A stretch of 64,000 nt of DNA from Mobula hypostoma. Taxonomy: Eukaryota. The stretch is taken from assembly GCF_963921235.1 (NCBI RefSeq), contig NC_086097.1, positions 186,250,001 through 186,314,000 of the forward strand, read 5' to 3'. The notes under the pieces are model-generated. The model was not told where the DNA came from, did no database searches, and saw only the letters and a list, made by a program, of their open reading frames with translations. This document shows, in pieces, positions 62,026 to 64,000 of this stretch (the stretch's first letter is position 1; each line of letters opens with the position of its first letter). A program made the position numbers and the translations under genes.

Positions 62026-63094
62026 ACCTTATGGCCAAGTTTGGTGAACATCACAACATCAAATGCCTCAACCCAAGCTACCAATATTAAACACTATTCT
62101 AAGTTGCAAATATCTTGCCAGACATTTACTTAGTTGTGTATTTTCAGATAGAAATGATGGCAGACTGTGTATTTGAAGAAATAAAATAAAATTGTCAAAT
62201 TTGAGTTATTTTCATGGTTCTCCATTGTTAAGTTTCTGCTAGTGACTGTTAAGGAGCAAGTTGTTTCAGATACATCCTTCCTGTTTACCAGACATCAGAC
62301 AAACACAGTGCTACTCATTTAATTATAGCAAAGGAATTGAAATTTTCTGTGAAAAGACTAATGGGGAAGTTTCCACTGAATATTATGGGCTGTGGTTTTC
62401 TCCATTATATTATTAAAGCAACATTATAGATCAATGCCTATAAAATTATCTGATTCACATTAAAGGAAAATGAAATGAATGTCAATTTCAAAGTAAAAGA
62501 GTGCACAAAAGGTTTTGGTTCCAGTAGAGCCTCTAGAGTGCTATTTCTAACAGTGTGTTTTATGGTTTATAGTACAAACCTAACCTGTGAACCGAATTTG
62601 AAGCTGAAAATTTGACTGACAGCTTTTCTGTTAGACAGAACAAAGCACAAATGCCAGTCAGTCACAAAGGCCATTAGGTCAGGTGATCTCAGCTTCAGTC
62701 AAACTCCCAGTGGAGAACATGCCATACAATCACCCTGAATTTTATGGAAGGTCTGTACTGAAAGATTGAAAAATAAAACTTACTCCCACCAACAAAAAGA
62801 ATTTAATGATTTTCTCAGGCTGAAGGTTGATCTATTAGTGACAGGACACCTGCAACAGAGTGGGCCCACCTGTGACTACGAAATTGATTGGAACCACTGT
62901 CATATTTTTCAAGAGGGCTAAGTTTCTGTTTCAGCAGACATGATTTGTACAGATGCTGCTCGTTGGCATCATAAAATGCTATCAGAAATTTTCTGGCATT
63001 TCGAATAAAACATCACAGAAGTGCCAGTAAGTTAATATTGTAAGCATATAATATTTTCAAATTCAGAAGCACTGTACAAATGACATAACCATAC

Positions 63095-63260
63095 CATTTC
63101 CCTTGGTCTCCACATTCAGCCCACCAGCCTATGTTTCCATCACATCTCCCTCAACTATTTCCACCACATGATCCCACCATCTTATCCCCTGTGCCACCAT
63201 TTCAGTTTTTTATGGGGACATTTTCTCTGTGACTCCCCAGTCTGCTCATCCCTCCCTCCC
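63095..63260 (+). repeat. Degenerate Penelope-like RT/EN linker fragment
   Basis: ctctgtgactccccagtctgctcatccctccc resembles 29595-29630. Confidence 0.45.
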
Positions 63261-63378
63261 TACCTCTCACCATCCCCTGGAACATCCCTCCCTCCCTACC
63301 TCTCACCATCCCCTGGGACATCCCTCCCTTGCTACCTCTCACCATCCCCTGGAACATCCCTCCCTCCCTACCTCTCAC
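63247..63378 (+). repeat. 36-bp minisatellite, ~3.7 copies
   Basis: Unit catccctccctccctacctctcaccatcccctggaa starting at 63247, 63283, 63319 and 63355 (partial). Confidence 0.95.
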
Positions 63379-63387
63379 AATTGTCCT

Positions 63388-63591
63388 CTAATCACAGGAC
63401 AATTTACAATGACCAATTAACCTACTAACTAACATTCCTTTGGTCTGTGAGGGGAAACCAGAGCACCTAGGGAACCCCACCTGGTTTACAGGGAGAGCAT
63501 ACAAACCCCTTACAAATGATGCCGGAAACAAGCTCCAAACTATAGAATAGCCAGAGCTGTGATAGTAAACTGTTACGTAACTGTGGTGTCC
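63388..63591 (-). mobile_element. Degenerate V-domain SINE
   Basis: ccaattaacctact...tttgg.ctgtg.ggggaaaccagagcacc..gggaaccc, related to 33810-33900. Confidence 0.65.
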
Positions 63592-63774
63592 AAGATCAAC
63601 CCCAAATCAATAATACTCTAGTACTTCTTGTGATTAGTTTTAACTGCTTATCTCTCTGCTCTGGACTGTCAGACCTGGAGAGTGGTAAACACAGACCAGT
63701 CTACTACAGGCTCATCACTTACTTCCTTCAATCCTTTAAAGTCAATTTCATCAGCAAAGCTAACAGTTTTGTCA

Positions 63775-63910
63775 AGACTTCCTGTTGCCCTGGCCACTCC
63801 TTTTTCTCTCTTCTATCTTCTAGAAGATGCAGGAGCTTAAAATCCTGGATGTCCAGGCTTAAGAACGGCTTCTTCCCCACTGCTCTCAGACTTCTGAACC
63901 AGTCACCTCT
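63775..63910 (+). repeat. Rex/Babar-like 3' fragment
   Basis: PGHS.FSLL.S.RR.RSLK....RLKN.FFPTA.RLLN. Confidence 0.65.
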
Positions 63911-64000
63911 TCCTGGTGGTGCTGTCACACTTCGAACACTTAATTCACCTCCTCTGTTATTGTTATTTTAGTATTTCTTTTTGGATGATCTAGGTTTGCA

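Larger units (their letters stand above)
61503..62098. mobile_element. Penelope-like element: endonuclease C-terminus (minus) with inverted pseudo-LTRs
   Basis: Minus 61655-61845 translates HHFNW..AEVLAQA..KQAREFL.AW.S..N.VNK.I..D.I. 61505-61680 is an inverted repeat of 61856-62027. Confidence 0.85.

Noticed and set aside
63247..63378. CRISPR-like 36-bp repeats
   Set aside because: Head-to-tail tandem units without spacers, in a eukaryotic context with no cas genes.

Overview
This is vertebrate nuclear DNA, not prokaryotic, and most of it is transposon-derived. The repeat content (several CR1 LINE families with short tandem 3' tails, V-domain SINEs, Penelope-like elements, Rex/Babar and RTE LINEs) suggests a cartilaginous fish; that taxonomic call is inference. 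No host protein-coding gene, rRNA, true tRNA or CRISPR array can be supported. Every long ORF is a retroelement ORF1/ORF2 fragment, a transposase remnant, or the antisense shadow of one. The notable structure is in how the elements are arranged. (1) A ~9.6 kb inversion (4012-13628) can be reconstructed to the base, because it splits a full-length CR1 and also separates the two halves of the CR1 that element had inserted into. (2) An RTE LINE has a twin-priming-type 5' inversion and a perfect 12-bp TSD. (3) A Penelope-like element has inverted pseudo-LTRs, each carrying a minimal hammerhead ribozyme motif. (4) A complete but decayed chromodomain Gypsy provirus (Sushi/Tf1-like) is present. (5) There is a three-level nest: CR1 > Tc1-like > Harbinger. 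(6) There is a locally templated inverted insertion scar. I found no convincing wholly new biological system. All alignments were done by eye, so boundaries of old elements are approximate.
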